A stretch of 64,000 nt of DNA from Candidatus Bathyarchaeota archaeon (GTDB lineage Archaea; Thermoproteota; Bathyarchaeia; Bathyarchaeales; Bathycorpusculaceae): the NCBI GenBank assembly GCA_963833575.1, contig CAWHXY010000007.1, positions 512,001 to 576,000 on the forward strand, read 5' to 3'. Within the stretch, counting starts at the first letter, position 1. Every line of letters starts with the position of its first letter. Under the pieces are notes generated by a model. That model was not told the DNA's origin and made no database searches. It was given only the letters and a program-made list of their open reading frames with translations. Positions 11,022-20,118 of the stretch are shown piece after piece. The position numbers and the translations under genes were made by a program.

Positions 11022-11298
11022 TTTCCATTTTTGTTTTTTGACATAAAAAGTAACCCCACTACTTTGCAAATCAACACCATACAAATAGACGCCGTAACGC
11101 TAAATGTAGCAAGTCCACCTTATGGAATTAGACAGCGCCAAATTCTCATGTCAATTAATCTTTGAATTATAGTTTGTAGGGTATTTGCCAAAATTGAACA
11201 ATGCTTAACACTTAAACAAACGGTAGAGTAACTGGCGGCTTTGAAAAAGTTAGGTGCGGCCTTTGACTTTTGCCGCTAATTTTCCCATTGAATGTTAT

Positions 11299-11748
11299 TT
11301 ATTGAGTGCCTGTGATTGTTACGCTGCAGCTGAAGGTTGTCATGGATCCGCAGTTTGATGCTGCTGTCACGGTTAATACTGCTGGGACCGAGTTTCCGGC
11401 TGACAGGATTGTGTTTTGTTGGTTCCATGTTAAGGTTAATGAAAGTGTGGCGTTGGATGGGCTCCAATTGCTTGCTGCCATTGTTAGTGTTTCGGGTACG
11501 TTGCCGGTGTTTTTGATGTACACTGTTTGTGTGGCTGTTCCTCCTGGGTTAATTGCTCCAACGTTTAGGGCTGTGGCGGTTTGTGTGCAGCCACTGTCGG
11601 AGTACACGCCTACGTTTACTGCAGTTATTGATCCGCTGAGGGGAACGACTTGATTTGAGGTTAGTACTGCTGCTGTTGTTACAGTTAGAAGTAGTCCTGC
11701 TATTACGACTGCGATTATTGCTCCTTTGGATAGCTTTTTAAATTCCAT
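11299..11748 (-). CDS. Secreted Ig-like surface protein (paralog of the 6240 and 7868 C-terminal domains)
   Basis: N-terminal hydrophobic helix; GVYSDSGCT, YIKNTGN and NWSP motifs. Confidence 0.75.
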   Translation of the reverse strand: MEFKKLSKGAIIAVVIAGLLLTVTTAAVLTSNQVVPLSGSITAVNVGVYSDSGCTQTATALNVGAINPGGTATQTVYIKNTGNVPETLTMAASNWSPSNATLSLTLTWNQQNTILSAGNSVPAVLTVTAASNCGSMTTFSCSVTITGTQ

Positions 11749-12199
11749 GTTGTATCCACACACGTTTAGTATCACAAGTCTTGAGTATTAATAAACATTA
11801 TCATCTGAAAGAAGTGCCGTCTGTGAGAAGTACACAAATACACTTCCTCAACCAAAAACTTCCCGTTTAGCTTACGCAGACCTAAGCCCGAGGGCGTTTT
11901 TGCAATCTTGTTAACATGAGCATAAGCTGGCTACACAATGGCCACAGCACAAACTAGAACTCGCAGAAGAAATCACAATCAAAACCAAACAAAAACTCGC
12001 GCACCTCATGACTCCCAGTACAACACCAAGACGCCAACAATAAACAAATATTCATCAAATCCTCAAGGTCACATTTCAAATTATTGCGTTATTTTAATCA
12101 ATTCTCCTGTTTACACGCACATCAGTTAGTACGAACCAACATTCAAAACTGCTATGAGGGCCGCAAGCATTACTTCATATTGTAACTAGACAACTCGAA

Positions 12200-12544
12200 G
12201 TGGAATGCGTGGTCAAAATTCAAACTATCATCTGTTCTACCCTGCTTCTTCTAGGAGCAGCAGATTTGCTGACCACAGTTGTGGGCGTATCAAGCAAAGG
12301 CGCCATTGAAGTTAACCCAGTGTTTGCAACCCTCACCCAAACAAATATCTTAGCCTTCATAAGCCTAAAACTGCTTGCCGTGCTGTCCATAAGTTTTCTT
12401 TTTCTGGGCGCTGCAAAAATCGCCAAGACCTCAAATGACAACATTATTGGAAAATACTTTGTGCCCTCAGCCTCAATGGTCTCTTGTTTCATAATGACTG
12501 GAGTCGTAGCAAACAACCTGTTAATTATTCTTCACGTACCATGA
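12200..12544 (+). CDS. DUF5658-like membrane protein
   Basis: D..TT, EVNP, LK and V..NN motifs across three TM helices. Confidence 0.7.
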   Translation: MECVVKIQTIICSTLLLLGAADLLTTVVGVSSKGAIEVNPVFATLTQTNILAFISLKLLAVLSISFLFLGAAKIAKTSNDNIIGKYFVPSASMVSCFIMTGVVANNLLIILHVP

Positions 12545-12846
12545 ACAAATCACAGCCCCACTATACCAACATATATAGATCAATAACTACAAAATCCGAA
12601 AGTACAAGTTCTGAATTATTGCTGTGCGCACTCACTAATTTTCTCACTTTTCGCACGCACTCAAAACTTTCTGTAAACAGCCAATGAAATTTAAACGATT
12701 ACAAACTGTTTTTGTTATTGGCGTTTAAGGCAAAAAAACCTGAGAATTAATACATAAATAACGTCATACTTGTACACCGATTTGTAGGACAAGAATGTTT
12801 TTATTTTCCTGAACAAATAAGATACTTATATTGTGGAAGAAAGTCT

Positions 12847-13062
12847 ATGTCTTCAACGTACACCATACGGATACCGCGTGAACTGAAAGAGAAAATGGAA
12901 AAAAACCCTGAAGAGTGGAGTGTGGAAATCAGAAATTTCCTTGAAGAAAGGGTCAAGCAAATTGAACTTATGAAAACAATTCAACAGATAGAGTCAAGAG
13001 CTGAAAAAAGGAAAACAAAAACAGACTCAACCATTCTTATCAGAGAGGACCGAGAACGATAA
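12847..13062 (+). CDS. vapB: RHH antitoxin (VapB-like)
   Basis: TIRIPRELKEKM...WS.EIR..LE and C-terminal LIREDRE; directly upstream of a PIN gene. Confidence 0.85.
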   Translation: MSSTYTIRIPRELKEKMEKNPEEWSVEIRNFLEERVKQIELMKTIQQIESRAEKRKTKTDSTILIREDRER

Positions 13063-13487
13063 AACTAATCCTTGACTCCAGTATTCTTTCAAAACTGGTG
13101 TTGAATGAGTCTGATTCTAAAGAGGCTAGAACTGAGGTCAGCGACTTCTTAAAAAAAGGATACACTCTTTGCACAGTAGACATAGCATTGGCTGAGTGTC
13201 TAAATGTAATTTGGAAACATTCAAACTTACTAAAAGATCTAGAGCCCAAAGAAGCAAGCTTGGCGGCGCAAGACCTCACAAAACTGTATGATGCCTTATC
13301 AGTCACCCCGACAAGAGAGTTAAAAGATGAAGCAATGCAAATTGCCATATCTCAAAACATAACTGTATATGATGCATTGTTCATAGCGGCCACGCAAAAA
13401 ATAAACGCCACTCTATACACAGCAGACAAAAAACTCTACTCTAAAACAGATAAACACATAAAATCAAAACTGCTAACAAAAGAATAA
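13059..13487 (+). CDS. vapC: PIN-domain toxin (VapC-like)
   Basis: ILDSS, E, ITVYDALFIA and LYTAD motifs; apparent ATA start overlapping the antitoxin TAA. Confidence 0.88.
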   Translation: MKLILDSSILSKLVLNESDSKEARTEVSDFLKKGYTLCTVDIALAECLNVIWKHSNLLKDLEPKEASLAAQDLTKLYDALSVTPTRELKDEAMQIAISQNITVYDALFIAATQKINATLYTADKKLYSKTDKHIKSKLLTKE

Positions 13488-13674
13488 ATAGTTCTGAAAA
13501 AATCATTTGGATCCATTGTACTGTACCACCTCACTTGCTATTTTTTTTACCATTTCGTTCTGGTTAGTCGTGACTATCCCCGTAATAATGTTTTGAAAGA
13601 CAATTTAGGCCTAATATGCCGTTATCATTCTCCCATCAAAGCGGAGATAACGAGCACCTAACTGTAACGAGGCT

Positions 13675-14091
13675 TTACTGGCAAACTTTTTGCAGAAAAT
13701 CTTTCGCCTGTGGAATTTTGTCTTGCCATTTCTCTGCTTCATTGATCCAATGCTGTCGCCAATCTCGGTTAGGATGAGGATCATTCCATTGGCTAAAAGC
13801 TAATCCAAATGATCTAGCTTTTTCGTCTAGTTTCTGTTTCTCTTTTTGCTCTTCACTGGTAAGTTTTTGCGGTTGCTCTTCTGGAATGAGTTTTCGTGAG
13901 TATCGGTATTGATATTTCTCGTACACTTCTTTTGTGATTAAATGTTCCTGGTAAGCCGCTTTCGTGAGTAAGAGAAGCCCAGCGTAGGATTTGCCAAGTT
14001 CGTGTGCCGCCTGAAATTTAATTATTGCAAAATAAAGTTCGGGCGGTAAACAAAGTTTCATTATGTGTTCTTGAGTGAATTCTTTACCCAT
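13675..14091 (-). CDS. Hypothetical protein with RHH-like N-terminus (module gene A)
   Basis: MKLCLPPELY..IIKF...LGKS; near-identical to 27585..28001. Confidence 0.75.
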   Translation of the reverse strand: MGKEFTQEHIMKLCLPPELYFAIIKFQAAHELGKSYAGLLLLTKAAYQEHLITKEVYEKYQYRYSRKLIPEEQPQKLTSEEQKEKQKLDEKARSFGLAFSQWNDPHPNRDWRQHWINEAEKWQDKIPQAKDFLQKVCQ

Positions 14092-14219
14092 CTTGATTCC
14101 TTCCTCTTTATCCCGCTTTCCAAGAAGGAAAGACGTTTGGACAATGTTAACGTAGTAACAAATAGGAAAATAGTAGACTTAACTAGCTAGCTACCTGAAA
14201 AAAAAAATAAAAAAGCTAC

Positions 14220-14768
14220 CTACCCTCCATCTTCGCTTTCTTGGTTTTGAGAGTTCTTTTCATCTGAATCGTTTAAATCTTTCAACTGGCTGATTTCTTT
14301 ACAATTATCTTCATAGAATCCTCTAGGAATGCGAAACAGATGTGCTCCATTTTCTTTTAGGTCTGAAAGAAATTCTTCTCTGTCTTTATCGGTCCAGGTA
14401 CGCATATGGGATAGGCATTCGGATAGATCTGTTTCGAAATTGTAAAAATGCAGCTTAAAGAAGTAATCAACAATTTCCTTGTTTTGGCCACCCGCTAACA
14501 AAGTCGTTGCAACATAGCAGTAAAGATCTGTTACACGCCTAAAGATTACTTCAGAGGGTTTGAGGAGTAATTCTGCGTTCTTGATTAGAATTTCTTCGTC
14601 TCCGGTTTTTAGCCACTCTTCTTCTATGTCATTGACTTTTTGGAAAAGGATCCTTTCAGCGTCTGAGAAAGACTTGAAATCAATATGGATTATCTCTTTA
14701 GGGTCAGGGTCGTTGATTTTCTTTGACAAATTATCAATCCTCTTAACTAATCCGAAATTTTTAACCAA
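14220..14768 (-). CDS. Hypothetical acidic helical protein (module gene B)
   Basis: Paralog of 28131..28728 (LYCY, LHFYNFETDL, RTWTDKD, LFRIPRGF). Confidence 0.75.
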   Translation of the reverse strand: MVKNFGLVKRIDNLSKKINDPDPKEIIHIDFKSFSDAERILFQKVNDIEEEWLKTGDEEILIKNAELLLKPSEVIFRRVTDLYCYVATTLLAGGQNKEIVDYFFKLHFYNFETDLSECLSHMRTWTDKDREEFLSDLKENGAHLFRIPRGFYEDNCKEISQLKDLNDSDEKNSQNQESEDGG

Positions 14769-14892
14769 AAATTACCTCTCCGTTTTTCTTGTTTGCCATC
14801 TGCCAAGTTTTTGGAACACAACAACGATAGCATAACCAAAATTTTAGTAACGATCTATTCAAAATTGGTTGAAAAGCAAAGCTGTGAAGTTT

Positions 14893-15285
14893 TCAAGGCA
14901 CAAAAACTCCCTTAGCTGCTAACTTTTCGAGAGCCTTTAATCTGTAAACAAGGTCAGGCAATACGAGTGTTTCATACATCATCGAATTTACCTTGAGCAT
15001 GGTGTTTAGGGCGCCTAGTTGGACTATGGGGTTGTCGGATGAGAGCATTCGTAGGCTGGCTTGGCGGTAGATTTGTTCGTATCTGTTGGTTATTTTGAAT
15101 AGTACATCTTCGGGTTTGGTGATGCTCTGCAGGTAGGGCTGCCAATTTGCTCGGGTTTCGAAATCGTTGTAGAGCGTTCGCTCTGCGCAGCCGTTTTTTT
15201 CGCTTAATTGTTTTATTATTTCTGCCTGGGAGTAACCCAAGCCTTCAAGTTTTAACAATTCTGAACGTCGTTTAGCGACTTCCAA
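14893..15285 (-). CDS. HTH + helical protein, possibly terminase-small-subunit-like (module gene C)
   Basis: GYSQAEI..L...G..ERTLYND HTH followed by amphipathic helices; paralog of 28814..29206. Confidence 0.65.
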   Translation of the reverse strand: MEVAKRRSELLKLEGLGYSQAEIIKQLSEKNGCAERTLYNDFETRANWQPYLQSITKPEDVLFKITNRYEQIYRQASLRMLSSDNPIVQLGALNTMLKVNSMMYETLVLPDLVYRLKALEKLAAKGVFVP

Positions 15286-15524
15286 GAGAATTCACCTTGT
15301 AGACTGTACTTCTAACAAATTTGATTCATGATACATATCGTCAGACAATGTCCAACTGTAGAGCGAGGCCCCTTTCTCTGATTCAAATTCTAATCAAAAC
15401 TTTTCCAAACAGACACCATGCTTTGTCAAGAAACCAAAAAAAGAAGAAGCCACATGACCTAACGCGGACAAAATTAAATTCTCAATTCCAACTAACTTTT
15501 CAAAACTTTGATCTCCCCTAACAA

Positions 15525-16340
15525 TTAAAAAAGAAGCTTGGACAATCTGCGTATTGTTTTGCGGGTCACACCAAAGATTTCTTCAAGCTGTCTTTCTGAA
15601 ATGCCTTCTCCCTGATGTTTCCATACCGCCATATTTGCTGTTCTATAGATGGCTGCAGCAAAAAGTTTAGGCATCTTTTTGGCCGAAGCCTTATTGTTTA
15701 TTTGATAATGGGTCACTTTGTTTTTGGCGAAGTTTATAGTTTCAAGGCTTAATCCTGCTTTGTAGAGCTCTGGCAGTTTTGCTTGGATTAAACTGTTGAG
15801 TTCTTTGTCTGATTTGGCTTTGTCTGAAATTGCTTTTGAATATCTTTGAGCGCATTTCTTGAAAAGAACATTTTTTTCAGAGAGCGCGGGTTTTCCTTTT
15901 ATTCTTAGCGGTTGATTTCCGGTGGGTTCCAGATTTGCCTGCATGTGTGCCGATATTTCCGCGTTGGCGCGGTAGTCGCCTGAGCAATCTATCCAGTAGG
16001 TGAAATATGCTTGACAGGAGGAGCATTTGAAAACTATTAGGTCAAAATCTCCATATTTATGAGTTTTTTCAGAGCGGCAATAGATTTCCTCAAATACGTG
16101 ACTACACTTGGGGCATTTATCCGGGATTATGTCGCGGTCTTCTGTAAGAGTTTCAATTTTCATTTCAACTGAGAAATCTATTTTTTCAATTGCTTTGGAG
16201 TTTAATTCATTAATTATTAATTTTTTTTCCAGACGGCATCTTCCCTCTTTATCGTTAACATTTTTCAAGAAAAACATTGTGCACTGCATTATTGAAATTT
16301 CAAAAATGTGAGCGGGCATTGAAGGCCAACTCTCTCTCAA
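15525..16340 (-). CDS. Zn-ribbon protein with a C-terminal TFB/TFIIB cyclin-repeat-like HTH (start uncertain)
   Basis: CPKC...CSSC; LFAAAIY...ISERQLEEIFGVTRKTIRR resembles the TFB C-terminal repeat. Confidence 0.6.
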   Translation of the reverse strand: MRESWPSMPAHIFEISIMQCTMFFLKNVNDKEGRCRLEKKLIINELNSKAIEKIDFSVEMKIETLTEDRDIIPDKCPKCSHVFEEIYCRSEKTHKYGDFDLIVFKCSSCQAYFTYWIDCSGDYRANAEISAHMQANLEPTGNQPLRIKGKPALSEKNVLFKKCAQRYSKAISDKAKSDKELNSLIQAKLPELYKAGLSLETINFAKNKVTHYQINNKASAKKMPKLFAAAIYRTANMAVWKHQGEGISERQLEEIFGVTRKTIRRLSKLLF

Positions 16341-16436
16341 TAGAAGGCTAAATTCTGTCCATGAAAACCCCTGAAAACTACCCCATGGACTAGATTCATA
16401 GTTTATGTGTCATGCTAACAACCTGCGTTCCACAAG

Positions 16437-16536
16437 TTTTGGGTGAAGGGGGCTCAGAGACTCAGGAGCATTGGAGCATAGTTCGTTTTAGATCGGCAAA
16501 TATTTTTGCGCAAAAGATATAGTCTCTCGCCTAAAA
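16437..16536 (+). other. Conserved branched stem-loop element (RNA or ssDNA structure)
   Basis: TTTTGGGTGA pairs with TCGCCTAAAA via G-U; inner GAGC/GTTC and GCAAA/TTTGC hairpins; conserved at 29288-29388. Confidence 0.55.
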
Positions 16537-16852
16537 AGCTATCGGTTATCTTCAGGCTCTCGACACCAAACAACACAAAACCATCCCCTTCCCCACTTAA
16601 AGTTGCAAAACGCCAAACAAAAATAAGCTCAATTCTTAATCATTTAACAAATTCGGGCAGGAAAAACCGACTTTAAACTAGACCAACCCCCTAAAACCGC
16701 AACTTTCTTGCAAACCATCTTTTGAATTCAACCAAAAACCACATAGTCCTTTCAGATCTTTTTTTGCCATTTAATATATTAGTAAACAAATAATTGTGAC
16801 TTGCAAACAGACTTAAATTACGTACAGCCAGTTTGCTGGTGAGTAAAACAAG

Positions 16853-17863
16853 ATGGACAAAATAATACGCGAAGACATTGAAAAAATAAAAAGCAACGTG
16901 AAAGAGGAATTTTTCGCATCAAAAAAAGTCCTGGTAACGGGTGGCGTGGGGTTTATCGGCAGTTGGCTTTGCGATGTGCTTGTTGATTTTGGCGCTGATG
17001 TAACGGCTGTTGATGATTTGTCAACTGGACGAATGAAAAACATAAACCATTTAACGAATACCTCCAAATTTAGGTTTATAAAAGAAGACGTTTGCAAGTT
17101 CCGCAGCCAAGAAAAATTCGATCTAATTTTGCATATGGCGGGACATGCTTCTCCTGACGAGTACCTGGAACATCCAATTGAAACGCTTCAAACCAGTTCT
17201 GTGGGCAGTGCCATTATGGCGGAGTTAGCAAGGAAGAATGATGCTACTTTGCTGTTTGCATCTACCTCGGAGGTTTATGGTGATGCTGAGGTTATTCCTA
17301 CGCCTGAGAGTTACTGGGGAAAAGTTAACCCGATTGGTCCCCGATCATGCTATGATGAGGGAAAACGGTATGCGGAAGCGTTGCTTGTCGCGTATCATAA
17401 ACAATATGGCTTGGATGTAAAGCTGCCGAGGATTTTTAACACCTATGGCCCACGCTTAAGAGAAGATGGGTTGTATGGCAGAACAATGTCACGTTTCATC
17501 CTGCAGGCTTTAACTGGAGAACCGATAACAGTTTACGGTGATGGAAACCAAACCCGATCATTTTGTCATATAACAGATACCGTAACGGGTTTGCTGGAGC
17601 TGGCAGCATGCAAGAAGGCTAAAGGCGAAACCGCAAACATCGGAAACCCCCAAGAAGTAACCATCATAGAACTTGCAAAAAGAATTAAAGAAATAATCAA
17701 CTCCAACTCGCCAATAGAGTTTCGCTCACTACCCAAAGATGACCCAAAAAGACGCTGCCCAGACACACACAAAATAGAAACACTCGTAAACTGGAAACCA
17801 AAAATAACCTTCGAAGAGGGGCTCAAAAGAACAATAACATGGTTTACATCAAACATAGCCTAA
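16853..17863 (+). CDS. UDP-glucuronate decarboxylase-like NAD-dependent epimerase/dehydratase
   Basis: TGGVGFIGS, ASTSEVYG, RSCYDEGKR, RIFNTYGP, DDPKRR. Confidence 0.92.
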   Translation: MDKIIREDIEKIKSNVKEEFFASKKVLVTGGVGFIGSWLCDVLVDFGADVTAVDDLSTGRMKNINHLTNTSKFRFIKEDVCKFRSQEKFDLILHMAGHASPDEYLEHPIETLQTSSVGSAIMAELARKNDATLLFASTSEVYGDAEVIPTPESYWGKVNPIGPRSCYDEGKRYAEALLVAYHKQYGLDVKLPRIFNTYGPRLREDGLYGRTMSRFILQALTGEPITVYGDGNQTRSFCHITDTVTGLLELAACKKAKGETANIGNPQEVTIIELAKRIKEIINSNSPIEFRSLPKDDPKRRCPDTHKIETLVNWKPKITFEEGLKRTITWFTSNIA

Positions 17864-17914
17864 AAACAGAACAGAAAAACCTCAAGAAAAACACTCTTCG
17901 AATAACTAGAAAAT

Positions 17915-18163
17915 ACAGACATGCAGGTTAGTCTAATTTTTCCAAACTCGATAATAAACGCGCTGCTTGAACTGCTATAACAAGTGGCTCTACTTTTTAG
18001 GCATTTTATTTGTGATATAGCATAGCGCGCGCAATATGTTGCATGTATAGCCTAAAACGAGTAAACACTTGTTGCCTTCTTTTGAGAATGATTAACCACA
18101 TTTACCTTAACCAACCTTAGTAGTCCGCCGTCGTGGTCGTCGTAGTTTGGTTGGTTGGATTAA
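17915..18163 (-). repeat. ~250-bp non-coding repeat, inverted homolog of 22953-23200
   Basis: Shared in order: TTAATCCAACCAAC..ACGACGACCACGAC, GTGTTYACTCGKTTYAGG, AGCGCGTT, AAAAAAT..TARCCTG. Confidence 0.7.
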
Positions 18164-18369
18164 GATTTAGTCCACACACACAAACGACCTCTCAGAAGAT
18201 TATGTGGTATAGAACCTACTGGTGTAGGTTAAAAAACAATAATCCTTTCTTGGGTATGGTATTGGTAGGTAGGTATGTAGGTAAAAATAATGTATGTGCT
18301 AACTAAAAGTTAAGGCATACATTTCAACAGGGCATACATTTGTTAAAGAAAACAAAAAGAAGGAAGATG

Positions 18370-18389
18370 GGAGCTTTGGGTCAAGCTCC
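18370..18389 (-). terminator. Hairpin plus T-rich tract downstream of the 18408 gene
   Basis: GGAGCTT-N6-AAGCTCC followed on the minus strand by T runs. Confidence 0.45.
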
Positions 18390-18407
18390 TATTTGATTAA
18401 TCGTTGC

Positions 18408-19058
18408 TTAACTATTGTGCTGGAACATAGAGTCTGAAAGTGAAGGATTAATCTGGATATTGGTGAACGTAGCCGTGTCTCCTGCATTTGTTTGTCCACT
18501 GGGTATGGTGTAAGTATAGCTTCCAGAGCCACCATAGTAGGTTAGCATGTTTACGTATACACCTGCTGACGATTGAACGGTGGACTGAAAAGATGAGTAT
18601 TCGGCAGAAAGGTCAGTCCATGTTCCGCCACTATTTTCCCATACTTTCTGCTGGGCGCCGTTAATAATTAACTCGGTGGTGCCGCTCGAAGGCGTCGTTA
18701 CAACCCACAGTAGCTCTGCGTTAGACGTCCCAATGTTCTTTGCCGCATAATATACCGTATCAATTACTGTGCCATTGCTAGCTCTACCTGTCTCGTTGAA
18801 CTCATAACTGGTTGCAGTCGCAATACCGCTAGTTGAGGTTGAAGTTGGTTTGGGTGTAGCTGTTGCACTTGAACTACTTGTAGCCGTCGCAGTTGGTTTA
18901 GGTGTAGGTGTAGCGCTGGAGCTGGCATTACTGCTACCACGTGTGGCCACATATACGCCGACTCCCACCACAATAACTGCAATGATAACTATTGCAACGA
19001 TAATTAACGTGCTTATAGCGCGCGTGCTGTTTCTATTTATTATTTTTCTTTCTCCCAT
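18408..19058 (-). CDS. Membrane-anchored secreted protein with class III-like signal peptide and Ser/Thr linker
   Basis: RAISTLIIVAIVII N-terminus; S/T/P linker. Confidence 0.75.
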   Translation of the reverse strand: MGERKIINRNSTRAISTLIIVAIVIIAVIVVGVGVYVATRGSSNASSSATPTPKPTATATSSSSATATPKPTSTSTSGIATATSYEFNETGRASNGTVIDTVYYAAKNIGTSNAELLWVVTTPSSGTTELIINGAQQKVWENSGGTWTDLSAEYSSFQSTVQSSAGVYVNMLTYYGGSGSYTYTIPSGQTNAGDTATFTNIQINPSLSDSMFQHNS

Positions 19059-19203
19059 TTTTAATCCCTGTTTTGTATAATTTGCTCTTTGCAAATATAA
19101 GCTTACTACGAACTTTAGTTCCTCAAATGGAACGATTTACGGCGTTTTTTAACTTTCAAGTTGCCTTGGTGTTGGTTAATAATCAATTTTGTGCCCATCT
19201 TCA

Positions 19204-19431
19204 AAATCTATGGAAAAACTATGGAAATCTATGGACTTGCCATTGTACCCATAGATAGTGCGCGTGTTTGAATATGTGGTTTGAATTTTGGGTTTGTTGA
19301 GGCTCTGGCACAGAATATAGGAGAAAAGAGCAAACGAAAATGCTCTCTCACGCACTATGGCTATCGCGTGAATTTTAACCAGAGCCTACTCAACCCCAAT
19401 CTTTCTCAATAGCTTTTTTAGCACGCGTTAT
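19204..19431. other. Three short direct repeats followed by a ~175-nt branched inverted-repeat structure
   Basis: AAATCTATGG-like unit x3; CGCGTGTT/AGCACGCG, AGGCTCTGG/CCAGAGCCT, GAGCA/TGCTC and CACGC/GCGTG stems. Confidence 0.65.
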
Positions 19432-19451
19432 ACCTAAATAAAAAAATAGGA

Positions 19452-19748
19452 TTAAGCTGGAATTAACGTAAAACCTAGTCCCTCAAGTCGCGCCTGAAAA
19501 GAACCTAAGTAATTGACATTTTCTAATGGCTCTGAGTTTTTTGCTTCCTTCTTGATTATCTTGTACTCTGTTGGCTCTTCACCCTCACGTTTACTGACAA
19601 TTTCAAGTTTCCGCTTAGAAGCAACTTGAGCGATTTGGCAAATTTCACGTTCTAAGATAGCTTGATCATCAGCAAGTTCAGCTATGAAAGATTGAGCGAA
19701 AAAGGACTCAGGCGCATAAAGCCAAAGAATCGGTACTTTACCAGTCAA
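19452..19748 (-). CDS. Hypothetical protein
   Basis: 98-aa ORF with upstream GGAGG. Confidence 0.55.
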   Translation of the reverse strand: MTGKVPILWLYAPESFFAQSFIAELADDQAILEREICQIAQVASKRKLEIVSKREGEEPTEYKIIKKEAKNSEPLENVNYLGSFQARLEGLGFTLIPA

Positions 19749-20118
19749 TCCACATTCGCCTCCCTTCTTATCTTTTAGTCTTCACTGTTAATTTTGGAAG
19801 TGAAGTTAAGCCGCTTATGGCGGCTAAATCTTGAATAAGATGCCTTCTTTTCTTGGGGAGAAAAGCAGCGATTCGTTGGTCGCATGCAACTTGTTTTTGA
19901 GGATTTGGTGTTTGCCTGCGATTCATGTGAGTTTAATAGCCTTGGACAGTTAAGCCTCTGCCAGCGGCTTCTCTCACTTCACTTTTCAGGAAGCTTGTTG
20001 TGCGGTTTAAATTTTGCGGTAGCAAGCTCAGATCAGCCCGCTTGTGGCAAAAATTAAAATCGATTGTATGCTCATTTGGTACAAGTGAAGGCTCTCGTTT
20101 ACGATAATAATCGAGTAA

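Larger units (their letters stand above)
13426..16806 (-). mobile_element. Duplicated three-gene module, copy 1 (putative non-autonomous element) carrying an extra TFB-like gene
   Basis: Colinear nucleotide similarity to 27344..29634, including non-coding flanks; no recombinase inside. Confidence 0.6.

Noticed and set aside
13606-13661. Hairpin ending in ACCTAAC as a canonical attC site
   Set aside because: RYYYAAC and GTTRRRY-like boxes are in the reverse order, and no integron integrase is present
16437-16560. c-di-GMP-I or glycine riboswitch (GGCAAA..GCAAAAG, ATCTTCAGG)
   Set aside because: Lacks the GNRA loop/receptor and the other conserved core nucleotides
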